A stretch of 64,000 bases of DNA, taken from a virus. This document shows, in pieces, positions 1-8,714 of this stretch. The stretch is from positions 1 through 64,000 of IMG/VR virus record IMGVR_UViG_3300032053_000032; one strand, 5' to 3'. Below the pieces are notes generated by a model that had not been told where the DNA came from, ran no database searches, and worked only from the letters and a program-made list of their open reading frames with translations. Position 1 is the stretch's first letter, and the number at the start of each line of letters is the position of its first letter. The position numbers were made by a program, and so were the translations under genes.

Positions 1-1
1 A

Positions 2-172
2 GACGAGCACGGACTCGTCGAGTTCATGGACGGCACGGTCACCGACTACCTCTGGCGCCGTAGCGCGGGGATGTCGGCGTGTCTGGAGTGCTCAACGAAG
101 GACCTGCCGTCTGCGGTAGGAATCGCGCGTGAGTGGATCCTCGGCCTCATCGAGGCCGCCGCAGGTTTCTAG
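2..172 (+). CDS. 3' end of a hypothetical protein (truncated by window start)
   Basis: Frame +2 is open from the window edge (DEHGLVEFMDGTVTDYLW...) to TAG at 170-172. Confidence 0.5.
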   Translation, partial: DEHGLVEFMDGTVTDYLWRRSAGMSACLECSTKDLPSAVGIAREWILGLIEAAAGF

Positions 173-218
173 CCCGCCGTGAAGTGACACCGCCCGCTCC
201 TTGTGCCATCCTGTCGGC

Positions 219-668
219 ATGGGACAGCAAGCGAAGGCCAAGGCGCAAGTTCGCCACATGAAGAAGCTGTTCGGTGGCAAGGAGACAGCCTTCGAGGTTC
301 ACCAGAAATACGGCTTCCGCATGGCGTGCTGCGCTCCGGGAACCAACAAGAACAATAGGTGCGGCGGACCCCCGGTCATTCGCATCCGCGTGTACACGCC
401 GTACCTGGAGCTGTTCTCCAAGCACCCGGAGTTCTGCATCCAGATCGCCGCCGGGAACCGCGATGGTTCCTACGTTCCCACGGTCGACACGAAGTGGGGA
501 CCGATGGTGCTCCTCTCCGACATGACCGCCTGCAAGTTTCACCAGCAGAGCGCCGAGCGCGCCGCCGCCCACCCTCCAAAAGGCCTGCAGACCTGGGTGA
601 CCATCGACCGCGGCCCGACCGCCGAGAAGGTCGTGGGTCAGGTTCCTCTAGTCGGCGTGAGTTCGTAG
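219..668 (+). CDS. hypothetical protein
   Basis: ORF with genome-typical codon usage; ATG at 219 lies 6 nt after GTGACA-N17-CATCCT (leaderless-type promoter). Confidence 0.65.
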   Translation: MGQQAKAKAQVRHMKKLFGGKETAFEVHQKYGFRMACCAPGTNKNNRCGGPPVIRIRVYTPYLELFSKHPEFCIQIAAGNRDGSYVPTVDTKWGPMVLLSDMTACKFHQQSAERAAAHPPKGLQTWVTIDRGPTAEKVVGQVPLVGVSS

Positions 669-1358
669 GTGAGCGCGCAGACCGACCATGAGGCTATCGC
701 GGATGTGATGAACGGTGGCGTGGGTACTCCAACGGATGCGTCACATGCAGAACTAGCACACCATCAGCATGTGCGGATGTATCGCGCTCGCGCTGAGGAA
801 GCAAAACGTCGTGGTGACAAGCCACAGCAAGCTCTGGCGGAACGCCTAGCTGCGGCGCATCACCGCGTTCGCGCCGCGCTTCTTACCAACCCAGGTAGTT
901 TCAGCAAAGCTGACTATAACGCAGCCCATGCCGTTGCGTCGCCAAAATCCCTCATGGGTGCCACTTCCAAAGTAAACATGGTTGATGGTGATCGCCGCGG
1001 GGCCTCGATGAACCTACTGCATCCAGGTCTGCATTCAGAGGCACACTTTGAGAGTGCAAAGGCAGAAGCAGGTGGAAGCCCCGCGCTACATGCGCAGCTT
1101 CGTGATGAGAACATACAGGCCGCAAGAAAGATGGTTGATAGCAACAAACCTGCCGCCGCTGAGCACCTGAAACTCGCCGCCGCTCACGAGAAGCTGCGGC
1201 ATGACGCCGAAGGTCCAGAGCGTCCAGAGCAGAAGTCGCAGGGCGCGAAGTTAAAGCAGCTCGCGTCTTCCAAGAAGAAGGGGGACAGGGAAGCTCCTGG
1301 CAAGATCGCCGCCGGTCGTGAGTACGCACGTGATGACAAGGGGGAGTTTTCGTCGTGA
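669..1358 (+). CDS. His/Ala-rich helical protein ending in RDDKGEFSS, possibly an internal virion protein
   Basis: 229 aa; C-terminal motif shared with 15374-16285; located in head module. Confidence 0.55.
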   Translation: MSAQTDHEAIADVMNGGVGTPTDASHAELAHHQHVRMYRARAEEAKRRGDKPQQALAERLAAAHHRVRAALLTNPGSFSKADYNAAHAVASPKSLMGATSKVNMVDGDRRGASMNLLHPGLHSEAHFESAKAEAGGSPALHAQLRDENIQAARKMVDSNKPAAAEHLKLAAAHEKLRHDAEGPERPEQKSQGAKLKQLASSKKKGDREAPGKIAAGREYARDDKGEFSS

Positions 1359-1810
1359 GCGATCTCCTTGCCAAGCATGTCCGCGCCAAGCGTGAGAAGG
1401 ACGACGACGAGAAGGACGAGCTTCTCTCCGATCAGGAGAAGGGCGCGCGCCAGAAAATCATCGACGGCGCCAAGGAAGCTGGCGCTACCCTCGACCGTCC
1501 TGACGCCCGCGGTGGGCTGCCGCCGTCTCTGGTGCTTGGCGCCTTCCGTCGCGACAAGTTCGCCTGCACCGACTGCGGATCGCAGAAGGACATCGGACCG
1601 CACCACATCGGTGGGATCCCAGACACCAAGAAGAAGTCCCTCGCAGGGCACAAGAACAAGCTGTCGAACATCTCCACGCTCTGCGTGAAGTGCCACGACA
1701 AGGAGCACAACAAGGCTCGCGAGGAGGGGCTTGACTCCAGCCAGGTGCTCCCGAAGGGCGACGTCGGAACCGACCGCGATCACGGTGACAAGCCGGTAGC
1801 ACGGGTCTGA
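1355..1810 (+). CDS. HNH endonuclease
   Basis: RRDKFACTDCG...HHI...NKLSNISTLCVKCHDKEH, the classic CxxC-HH-N-CxxCH HNH signature. Confidence 0.85.
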   Translation: MSDLLAKHVRAKREKDDDEKDELLSDQEKGARQKIIDGAKEAGATLDRPDARGGLPPSLVLGAFRRDKFACTDCGSQKDIGPHHIGGIPDTKKKSLAGHKNKLSNISTLCVKCHDKEHNKAREEGLDSSQVLPKGDVGTDRDHGDKPVARV

Positions 1811-1895
1811 CGTGATGTCGCTAAAACCCTTCGGGGCCTTCTCGCCGAATCCCGTCGGGTGAGAAGAAGTAGCTGTCCTGCCCAAGCCTAGCGGA

Positions 1896-3980
1896 ATGGT
1901 CGACTTCACTACCTTCGCGCCAGGTGCCCGTATCATGCTCGTGCTGCCCTCCGGTCCAGCTCTAGCCGAGGCGCTACGTGCTTGCTGGGCAAACGGCCTG
2001 GTCGCGATCCCACGCGATCCCAAGAGCAAGCAGAACGTCCAGGTCGCGGAGCACGCGCAGGTCCACGCGCGCGTAGATGTTGACGGAGTTCATCCGAATC
2101 ACGTAGTTCATCCACTCTCGCCGCTCCACGACCGCCTCATCCTTTACACGTCCGGCTCTACAGGAGATCCGAAGGGCGTCGTGCTTACCGAGGCCGCGCT
2201 GAAGTCGAACGCGGTCCAGGTCGCGAACCGTCACGACTTCGCCTCGGGCGCGCACGCTACCTGCTTGTCACTGCATCACTGCAACGCGATCTGCGGGTCG
2301 CTCTACGGAACGATGCTCACGGACTCGCGCCTGATCATCTCGGGCAGCAGCGACATGACCGCGTACTTCTCGGCCATCGAGACGCACCGTGTATGCACCG
2401 CTACCATCGTGCCCGCTCTCCTTGAGAAGCTCCTCGCCTCGCCTCCGCGCTGGCCTTCCCGCCTCAAGTACCTGATCACGGCTGCGGCCCCGCTCACCCG
2501 CGACCTCGCGCGCCGCTTCCGTGATGTCTACGGTGAAGAGCGTCTCGTGCAGGGGTACGGGATGACCGAGGCGGTCAACTTCTCGACCACTATGCCGAAC
2601 CTCGCCGGGAAAGCTTGGTCAGCTGCCTACGTGAACCAGCACCCACCGGTCGGCGCCCCGCTGCCTGGAACCGAGCTGCGCGTGGAAGATGGCGAGGTTC
2701 AGGTGCGCGGCTTGAACTTGATGCGGGAATACTGGCGGAACCCGGAAGCTACAGCGGAAAAGTACACCTCGGACGGATGGTTCAAGACCGGAGACGTCGG
2801 GTTCGTAGGGGATGACGGACTTCTCCGCTTGAGCGGGCGCATCTCGGAGGGGATCAACTGGCGTGGCGCGATGACCTACCCGACAGACTTCGAGGAGTCC
2901 TGGGCGCTCAATTCACCCGGCTGCGCGATATCAGAGCGTGGTGTCTGTGTTCCTGTTGTTGACCCGGACGGACGCGAGCACCCCGCGGTAGTCGGCTGCT
3001 TGACAGCCGTCGCGCTCGGCTTGAACGACCCACCACCGATGGCGATGGACTCCGGTCCCGTGCAGGGGACGTTGACGTTCAAACCTCGCCGCCGCTCGAT
3101 GTCCACGGCCCTTACCTGTCGCTTCGATGATGACGTGCGCTACGAAGCGTTGCGCATTACTGCGTTCGAGGTGTACTCCATGATGGACTACCAGAGCCTA
3201 GACGCTCTCCAGATTTCGTCAGTGCAGGAACGCTGGATCGTAGATCGGGCTCTCGAATTTCGCCAGAAAATGACCGGCGCGCGGCTCGGTGACAAGCGGC
3301 TTGCCAGAATCGGCGGCGCCTGGAACGACGTCTGGAGCGAGGCCCTTCAAGCTCTCGGCACGCAGTGGGGTGCGCACGATGCGGAGCACCCTAAGCGGAT
3401 CATCACCGAGATCCCCAGCCTATGGCGCCGCCTCATGCACGAGTGGCCGATGGGCGTCTACGGTGACCTCGTGGCGGACATCATCGCTCGTCGAGGTCTA
3501 CTTCATGGCCGCGCGCTGGAGTTCGGGACTGGGGTAGGGAACACGTCCGGTCTTCTCAACCGCGCTAAGTTTGACGAGCTGTTCCTCACGGATTTGCAGC
3601 AGAGCACGAAGCGTGGTGTGCGGGCGTGGAACTTCGACTGCGGGGAACCTTATACCGTGGGGCTAGACCTCATATTCGGGACGAACGCCTTGCACTGTTC
3701 CAAGAGCCCCACGAAGGCCCTGCACACCATGTTCACGATGCTCAAGCCAGGAGGGCACCTTGTAATTGGGGAAGGTGAAGCTCACCCGTATCGTGACGAG
3801 CCCTGGGCACTGCACGCGTTCTTCGGCCTCTTCGACGGCTGGTGGGACGTCGGCGGGTTCCTAACGCGCCGCGGATGGGTCGAGCTGCTTGAGCGCACCG
3901 GCTTCGTCGATGTAGGATGGAGCGTGTTCCGTGCCGGCAGGTTTGATCTCGGAGGTGCTCTATGGGCGCGCAGGCCCTAG
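1896..3980 (+). CDS. ANL-family adenylating enzyme (acyl-CoA/acyl-AMP ligase) fused to a class I SAM methyltransferase
   Basis: Ligase motifs ILYTSGSTGDPKGV (A3), QGYGMTE (A5), GWFKTGDVG (A7) and TFKPRR (A10 Lys); methyltransferase motifs ALEFGTGVG, DLIFGTNALH, LKPGGHLVIGE and FGLFDGWW. Confidence 0.85.
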   Translation: MVDFTTFAPGARIMLVLPSGPALAEALRACWANGLVAIPRDPKSKQNVQVAEHAQVHARVDVDGVHPNHVVHPLSPLHDRLILYTSGSTGDPKGVVLTEAALKSNAVQVANRHDFASGAHATCLSLHHCNAICGSLYGTMLTDSRLIISGSSDMTAYFSAIETHRVCTATIVPALLEKLLASPPRWPSRLKYLITAAAPLTRDLARRFRDVYGEERLVQGYGMTEAVNFSTTMPNLAGKAWSAAYVNQHPPVGAPLPGTELRVEDGEVQVRGLNLMREYWRNPEATAEKYTSDGWFKTGDVGFVGDDGLLRLSGRISEGINWRGAMTYPTDFEESWALNSPGCAISERGVCVPVVDPDGREHPAVVGCLTAVALGLNDPPPMAMDSGPVQGTLTFKPRRRSMSTALTCRFDDDVRYEALRITAFEVYSMMDYQSLDALQISSVQERWIVDRALEFRQKMTGARLGDKRLARIGGAWNDVWSEALQALGTQWGAHDAEHPKRIITEIPSLWRRLMHEWPMGVYGDLVADIIARRGLLHGRALEFGTGVGNTSGLLNRAKFDELFLTDLQQSTKRGVRAWNFDCGEPYTVGLDLIFGTNALHCSKSPTKALHTMFTMLKPGGHLVIGEGEAHPYRDEPWALHAFFGLFDGWWDVGGFLTRRGWVELLERTGFVDVGWSVFRAGRFDLGGALWARRP

Positions 3981-4363
3981 TTGAGGGCGCTCTTCTTGGG
4001 ATGATCAGGATGGACGCCACGGAGGCGCGCATGTTTGCGCTCCTGTACGACCGCAACCCAGTGCATGTTGAAGTCGCCCGCAGGAACGCTATCTTGCCGG
4101 AAGACACGGTGAGCGGTCTGTACGTCGTCGCGAAGGCGCTAGATCTGCTTCAAGTTGCCGCCCCCGATCACACCGCGCGCGTGCTCTGCGCCAGCAAGAT
4201 GTCCGTCCGCTGGCTCGCTCCTGTGATCGGAGATCAGTGGGTTTCGCTCCGTATCGAGACGGTCATCATGGAACGGACGTCCAGAATCTTCCTGCGGCTG
4301 CTGCTCCGCGTTGGTGATGTCCCGGTAGCCGAGATCGACCTTCACCAGATCCTGGCCGTGTAG
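3962..4363 (+). CDS. MaoC-like hot-dog fold (R)-hydratase/dehydratase
   Basis: FALLYDRNPVH matches the MaoC D-x-N-P-x-H dyad; later VRWLAPVIGD; GGAGGT RBS at 3951-3956. Confidence 0.7.
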   Translation: MGAQALVEGALLGMIRMDATEARMFALLYDRNPVHVEVARRNAILPEDTVSGLYVVAKALDLLQVAAPDHTARVLCASKMSVRWLAPVIGDQWVSLRIETVIMERTSRIFLRLLLRVGDVPVAEIDLHQILAV

Positions 4364-5316
4364 TGGCCCGCCGCGACTACGAAGCCGCCATCGAGGAGCA
4401 CCGGCAGAAGCTTCACCGGATCCTCGACCGTCGTGGCGTAGTACAGATGAAACGGCTGTACCAGGACGCCCACGCCGAGCTAGAGCGGAAGCTCACCGCC
4501 GTAGCTGGTCGCAAGGCGACCATGACCTCGTTTCAGCAGAAGCTGCTACTCCTTCAGGTGAAGCACGGGCAGCAGGACATCTCGAAGCGCATGACCAAGG
4601 GCCTTTCTGCCGCGAGCGCCGATGCTCAGGTCGAGTCGCTCCACTCCCTTACGAAGACCGTCTCCCGCGCGGCCCCGCAGTTCCGTGGGGCGCAGGTTTC
4701 GCTACCTATCGAGGAGGCTGCGAGGTTCCGCGGCATCATCGACAAGCGCCGGACGTCGTTGCTTCAGGCGCACGCCACGTCCATGTCGACACATAGTGCC
4801 CGCGTCGTGAAGAAGATGGAGACGGAGCTGTCCAACTCACTCATGTCCGGTGAGTCGAATGACGAGGCAATCCAGCGCGTAGTTGGAGTAGCCGACGTCG
4901 AGTGGTGGCAGGCCGAGAGAATTGTCAAAACCGAGCTTGCGTGGGCCTACAATTCGACGCAGGCCGACGGTATCGCCGCGAGCGCGGAAGCTGTTCCCGG
5001 ACTCATGATGCGCTGGACTGAGAACTGCGACGATACGTCAAGCGCGCCTCTCGATGACCGTGTCGGCGTAGACTCCATCGCGATGCACGGACAGGTTGCG
5101 AAGCCGAACGGCGGGATGTTCACCTGCCCACCTACTGCGCCCCTCCCCGACGCGAAGGGGCAGACACGCGTGTCGGACTCGCTCTCCGGTGAAAGCTGGG
5201 CGTTTCCCCCCAACCGTCCGAACGATCGTGCTGCGCTCTCCCCTTGGCACCCGGACTGGGGTGTTCCTGGCTGGGTATGGCGTGGAAGACGTGTTCCCGT
5301 CACCTCAGTTCGATGA
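4363..5316 (+). CDS. head morphogenesis protein (phage Mu F / SPP1 gp7-like minor head protein)
   Basis: AERIVKTELAWAYN, DDRV...HGQV and PPNRPNDR motifs; upstream of scaffold and capsid. Confidence 0.8.
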   Translation: MARRDYEAAIEEHRQKLHRILDRRGVVQMKRLYQDAHAELERKLTAVAGRKATMTSFQQKLLLLQVKHGQQDISKRMTKGLSAASADAQVESLHSLTKTVSRAAPQFRGAQVSLPIEEAARFRGIIDKRRTSLLQAHATSMSTHSARVVKKMETELSNSLMSGESNDEAIQRVVGVADVEWWQAERIVKTELAWAYNSTQADGIAASAEAVPGLMMRWTENCDDTSSAPLDDRVGVDSIAMHGQVAKPNGGMFTCPPTAPLPDAKGQTRVSDSLSGESWAFPPNRPNDRAALSPWHPDWGVPGWVWRGRRVPVTSVR

Positions 5317-5351
5317 ACGTGCTACCTTGCGATGAGATCAGGAGGTTTGAG

Positions 5352-5879
5352 ATGGCGCTTCTCCCGAAGGCACTGAAAGCATTCTCCGCGAAGGGTGGCG
5401 GCAAGCCCAAGATGCCGTTCGGCAAGAACGCCAAGAAGGGCGACGGCAAGAACCCGTTTGCCAAGAAGGCCGCCGCCGAGTCCGATCCTGACGATGAGGA
5501 TGACGAGGAGCCGGACGAGGACGAGGACGAGGACGAGGAGGAGGGTGGCCAGAAGGACGACGGAACCCACCCCGAGCCCGACGGCGACGAGGGTCAGGGC
5601 GGCGTCGGAGATGACGACGGCGACGAGTACAACGACGAGAAGATCGCCAGCATCGCGGCGCAGGTTGCCGCGGGTACGCTCCCGGACGATCCAGACCTCG
5701 CGGACGCCGCCGAGAGCTACAACCCGGAGACGGACGGGACGCCGTCCTGGGTGTCCGATGAAGCTCTCTGGGAGAAGGCCAAGGGTGTCGTCGACCCCGA
5801 AGGCGCCGGAGCGAAGTACGACACCCCGTGGGTGGTCGTCGCGGCAGTCTTCGAGGAGATGGGTGGCGCGCACGTTTAA
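5352..5879 (+). CDS. acidic hypothetical head-module protein
   Basis: GGAGG RBS; Lys-rich N-terminus, long D/E tract, C-terminal ALWEKAK...EMGG domain. Confidence 0.7.
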   Translation: MALLPKALKAFSAKGGGKPKMPFGKNAKKGDGKNPFAKKAAAESDPDDEDDEEPDEDEDEDEEEGGQKDDGTHPEPDGDEGQGGVGDDDGDEYNDEKIASIAAQVAAGTLPDDPDLADAAESYNPETDGTPSWVSDEALWEKAKGVVDPEGAGAKYDTPWVVVAAVFEEMGGAHV

Positions 5880-5889
5880 CACCGCGCAC

Positions 5890-5918
5890 TTGCACCCGTA
5901 ACGTCCTGCCTGTACCAT
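5890..5918 (+). promoter_or_regulatory. sigma70-type promoter for the micropeptide array (leaderless)
   Basis: TTGCAC(5890)-N17-TACCAT(5913), then 7 nt to ATG 5926. Confidence 0.6.
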
Positions 5919-5925
5919 CACCTTC

Positions 5926-6174
5926 ATGTCGATCAAGTTCCTCCCCTACACGGGACCAGAATCGGTGGTTCCGGATGACGCGCAGCTCGCGCCGTCAGCG
6001 GAACGCGTGTACGACGAGACGATCAACATCCCGGAAGCGACGATGCTCCGCGCGATGACTCGTCCGAACTGGGACAACCCGATCATGGCCCCCGCGTACA
6101 CGGAAGCCGAGCAGCTTCCAGCCCCGCAGGCGCTCGGGCAGAACGCATCCCCTTTCAAGCTCGGAGGCAAGTAG
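5926..6174 (+). CDS. micropeptide 1 (C-terminal SPFKLGGK)
   Basis: 82 aa; conserved C-terminal PFKL motif. Confidence 0.75.
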   Translation: MSIKFLPYTGPESVVPDDAQLAPSAERVYDETINIPEATMLRAMTRPNWDNPIMAPAYTEAEQLPAPQALGQNASPFKLGGK

Positions 6175-6175
6175 C

Positions 6176-6400
6176 ATGGCTGACGACCACACCGTGAAGC
6201 GCGGCCCGCGCGCGAAGGCGCTCTCCGGATCGCTGATCTCCCCCGAAGGCAACGACATGGGCGGGAAGTACGACCCGCAGGCTGGTCACCCCCCGATGGA
6301 CGGCCTGCCAACGTCGGAGTACAAGGGGCTCACACCCGGTATCAACGGCAGCGCCTCTGCTCCCGAGCACACCACGCCGTTCAAGCTTGGAGGAACCTGA
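6176..6400 (+). CDS. micropeptide 2 (C-terminal TPFKLGGT)
   Basis: 74 aa; GGAGG RBS; NDM..KYD and PFKL motifs. Confidence 0.75.
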   Translation: MADDHTVKRGPRAKALSGSLISPEGNDMGGKYDPQAGHPPMDGLPTSEYKGLTPGINGSASAPEHTTPFKLGGT

Positions 6401-6564
6401 TGTACGACTGCAACGACATGAGCGACGTCGGCCAGGACAAGAAGTACCAGCAGCCGACGGACAAGTACGACGCCGATCAGGGCAAGTACAAGCAGCAGGA
6501 GATCGCCCTCAACGGCAAGGCTCCCGCCCCCGCGCACTCGACCCCGTTCAAGCTGAACGGCTGA
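6400..6564 (+). CDS. micropeptide 3 (C-terminal TPFKLNG), not in the ORF track
   Basis: Hand translation MYDCNDMSDVGQDKKYQQPTDKYDADQGKYKQQEIALNGKAPAPAHSTPFKLNG (54 aa); TGATG coupling and GGAGG RBS. Confidence 0.8.
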   Translation: MYDCNDMSDVGQDKKYQQPTDKYDADQGKYKQQEIALNGKAPAPAHSTPFKLNG

Positions 6565-6582
6565 AAGGACAAGGACAAGACG

Positions 6583-6780
6583 ATGGCCGACAACACGAAC
6601 GACATGAGCAACGTGGGGCAGGACAAGCAGTACAAGCAGCCCACCGAGAAGTACGACGCCGATCACGGCAAGTACAACGACCCGATCGATGGTCAGCGCG
6701 GAACCGATGAGGGGAACATGTTCCCCCTCGACGCGCTCCCCATGGCTCCTGCGCCGAACCCCTTCAAGCTCGGCAAGTAG
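6583..6780 (+). CDS. micropeptide 4 (C-terminal NPFKLGK), paralog of peptide 3
   Basis: 65 aa; shares NDMSxVGQDKxYxQPTxKYDADxGKY with 6400-6564. Confidence 0.8.
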   Translation: MADNTNDMSNVGQDKQYKQPTEKYDADHGKYNDPIDGQRGTDEGNMFPLDALPMAPAPNPFKLGK

Positions 6781-6789
6781 CAGGACCGC

Positions 6790-7179
6790 GTGGCCGACAT
6801 CCTCCACCTGAGCGGTACGGTAGACGTGCAGCCGGCTTCTGGATTTCCATCCGGTGATCCGTCTACCGACATCCCGCTCGATGAGACGGTCACCCTCAAG
6901 CGTCAGATGCAGTCGGGTCGCGTCGACCTCGACACGGACGCGACCAAGGTCGTCAACTTTGGTGACCTCGCGGGCGCGAACGTCGTGATCCTACGCGCTA
7001 ACTTTGGCAAGGTGAAGGCTCGCTTCACCTCTGCGGATGGAGCGGTGCAGTCGATCCCTGTCGACCCGCTCTTGACGGTCATCTCGCTCAGCGTTCCGTT
7101 CACCGCGCTCGACTTGACGCGTGTGGCCGGTCAGGGGAATACGGTGCAGGTCAACTACTCGCTCGGCGAGAAAGCGTAA
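6790..7179 (+). CDS. hypothetical beta-rich virion protein
   Basis: 129 aa, AGGA RBS, head module. Confidence 0.65.
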   Translation: MADILHLSGTVDVQPASGFPSGDPSTDIPLDETVTLKRQMQSGRVDLDTDATKVVNFGDLAGANVVILRANFGKVKARFTSADGAVQSIPVDPLLTVISLSVPFTALDLTRVAGQGNTVQVNYSLGEKA

Positions 7180-7231
7180 CGGCTCGATAGTCGTTTCGTG
7201 ATAGAACAAGCAAAAAGGAGCAAGTGACACG

Positions 7232-7627
7232 ATGAGCACCCTTACCAAGACTGACACCATCAAGGACGAGCTGAACAACGCACTCCCAGGCAAGGTCGAG
7301 CCCGCGCTGTTCAAGCTCGGCCTCGGCGACTTGCTCACGCCGATCGTCGACGTCTCTGGTGTGATCACCGCGACCGCGAGCTACAAGCTCGCCAAGAAGG
7401 TGGTCAACGCGCTCAAGATCCAGGTGATCGCGTCCGGCACCGCCGGAGCGATCGGCCAGTACATCCTGGGCGAGGTCGGCATCGATCCGGGCGGCGCGGG
7501 CACCGCCGTCGGCGTCTGTACGCTGGGGGCCGACTTCCAGACGATCACGTTCCTGCACACCGTGACGAGCGTCAAGATCACGTACTTCGGAACGCCGGAC
7601 CTCTCCAAGCCGTTCCTGACCATCTAG
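7232..7627 (+). CDS. putative head decoration / structural protein
   Basis: 131 aa, AAGGAG RBS, highly expressed-type codon bias, just upstream of scaffold. Confidence 0.55.
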   Translation: MSTLTKTDTIKDELNNALPGKVEPALFKLGLGDLLTPIVDVSGVITATASYKLAKKVVNALKIQVIASGTAGAIGQYILGEVGIDPGGAGTAVGVCTLGADFQTITFLHTVTSVKITYFGTPDLSKPFLTI

Positions 7628-7801
7628 GTTCATGCAGCGAGCCCGCCGCGCTCGGTCATCATGCTGATGCTCGGGTGTGCGGCGGGATCACCAGACAACA
7701 TGGCCGCTTCGGACGTCGGCAAAATCTCGTCGTGCTCGTAACGCGCACGGCGGCGGTAACAGCCGGATGACCGGACGGGAAAACAGACGAAGGAGCAGAC
7801 C

Positions 7802-8614
7802 ATGCCGACCGATGAAGAGATCGCCGCCGCGAAGGCGGCAGAAGAGGCAGCCGCGAAAGCAGTTGCCGAGAAGCCCGTTGAGGGTACGCAGCCGACCCCG
7901 GATGGTGGGCTCAAGATCCTGAGCGCCGGTGCCTACAAGCGCATCAAGGACGACGCCGCCGCGAAGGGCGAGCGCCGCGCGCTGGAGAAGATGGCCCGCG
8001 AATCGGGTTTCGGCTCCGTTGAGGAGTTTCAGAAGGCCGCGAAGGGCTTCAAGGCTGGAACGACCACGCCGAAACCTGCCCCTGCTCCGCAGCAGAACGG
8101 GCAGCAGGCTCGCGATCCCGGCAGAGCACCCGCAGGGATGAGCAACCGCGAGAAGAACGCGTGGGACAAGGAGCGCGTCAAGATCCTCGCCGACTTCGAG
8201 GTGGTCAAGAAGCAGTCCGCCCTGAACGACAAGAAGTATCGCAAGGCGCGCAAAGACCTGGAGAACAAGGAGACGGAGATGGCGCTCCGCGAAGCTGCGG
8301 CAGCTGTCGGAATCCGCGACCTTGACTACGCCGTGCGCCTGCTCGAAAAGCACGTCGAGAATAAGGAAGAGAAGGATCTGGCCGGCTTCGATGAGGTCAA
8401 GTTCTTCGAGGGGCTGCGTACCCCGCATCCCTACCTGTTCGGCGAGCGCGTGACCCCGGCGCATACCGGAACCACCGCGCAGCCCCCGGTTCCGCCGAAG
8501 CCTGGCGACGCCGCCGCAGCTCATGCTCAGAACGGCAAGTTCGACGCGAGAAGCGCGACCGCAGAAGAAGTGCAGAAGCAGCTCGCCAAGCGCGGGATTC
8601 AGCCCGGCACCTAG
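7802..8614 (+). CDS. capsid scaffolding protein
   Basis: Charged coiled coil, HPYLF motif, Pro-rich tail, immediately upstream of the major capsid gene. Confidence 0.75.
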   Translation: MPTDEEIAAAKAAEEAAAKAVAEKPVEGTQPTPDGGLKILSAGAYKRIKDDAAAKGERRALEKMARESGFGSVEEFQKAAKGFKAGTTTPKPAPAPQQNGQQARDPGRAPAGMSNREKNAWDKERVKILADFEVVKKQSALNDKKYRKARKDLENKETEMALREAAAAVGIRDLDYAVRLLEKHVENKEEKDLAGFDEVKFFEGLRTPHPYLFGERVTPAHTGTTAQPPVPPKPGDAAAAHAQNGKFDARSATAEEVQKQLAKRGIQPGT

Positions 8615-8714
8615 AACTTGGGTGTTTTCGCGCTTTTTCCCGAGCTTGCACAGTGATAGTGTAGTTACCTAGTCAACAGGCGGGGTTTCCCGTCACAAGC
8701 TCGGAGGCTTTACA

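Noticed and set aside
5060-5090. GVDSIAM in the Mu F-like protein resembles an acyl-carrier phosphopantetheine motif that could serve the adjacent ligase
   Set aside because: It falls within the normal DDR...HGQV segment of F-like proteins and has no ACP helical context; probably coincidence
6400-6680. DNA direct repeat that might be a CRISPR-like array
   Set aside because: Only two copies, explained by duplicated coding sequence of peptides 3 and 4
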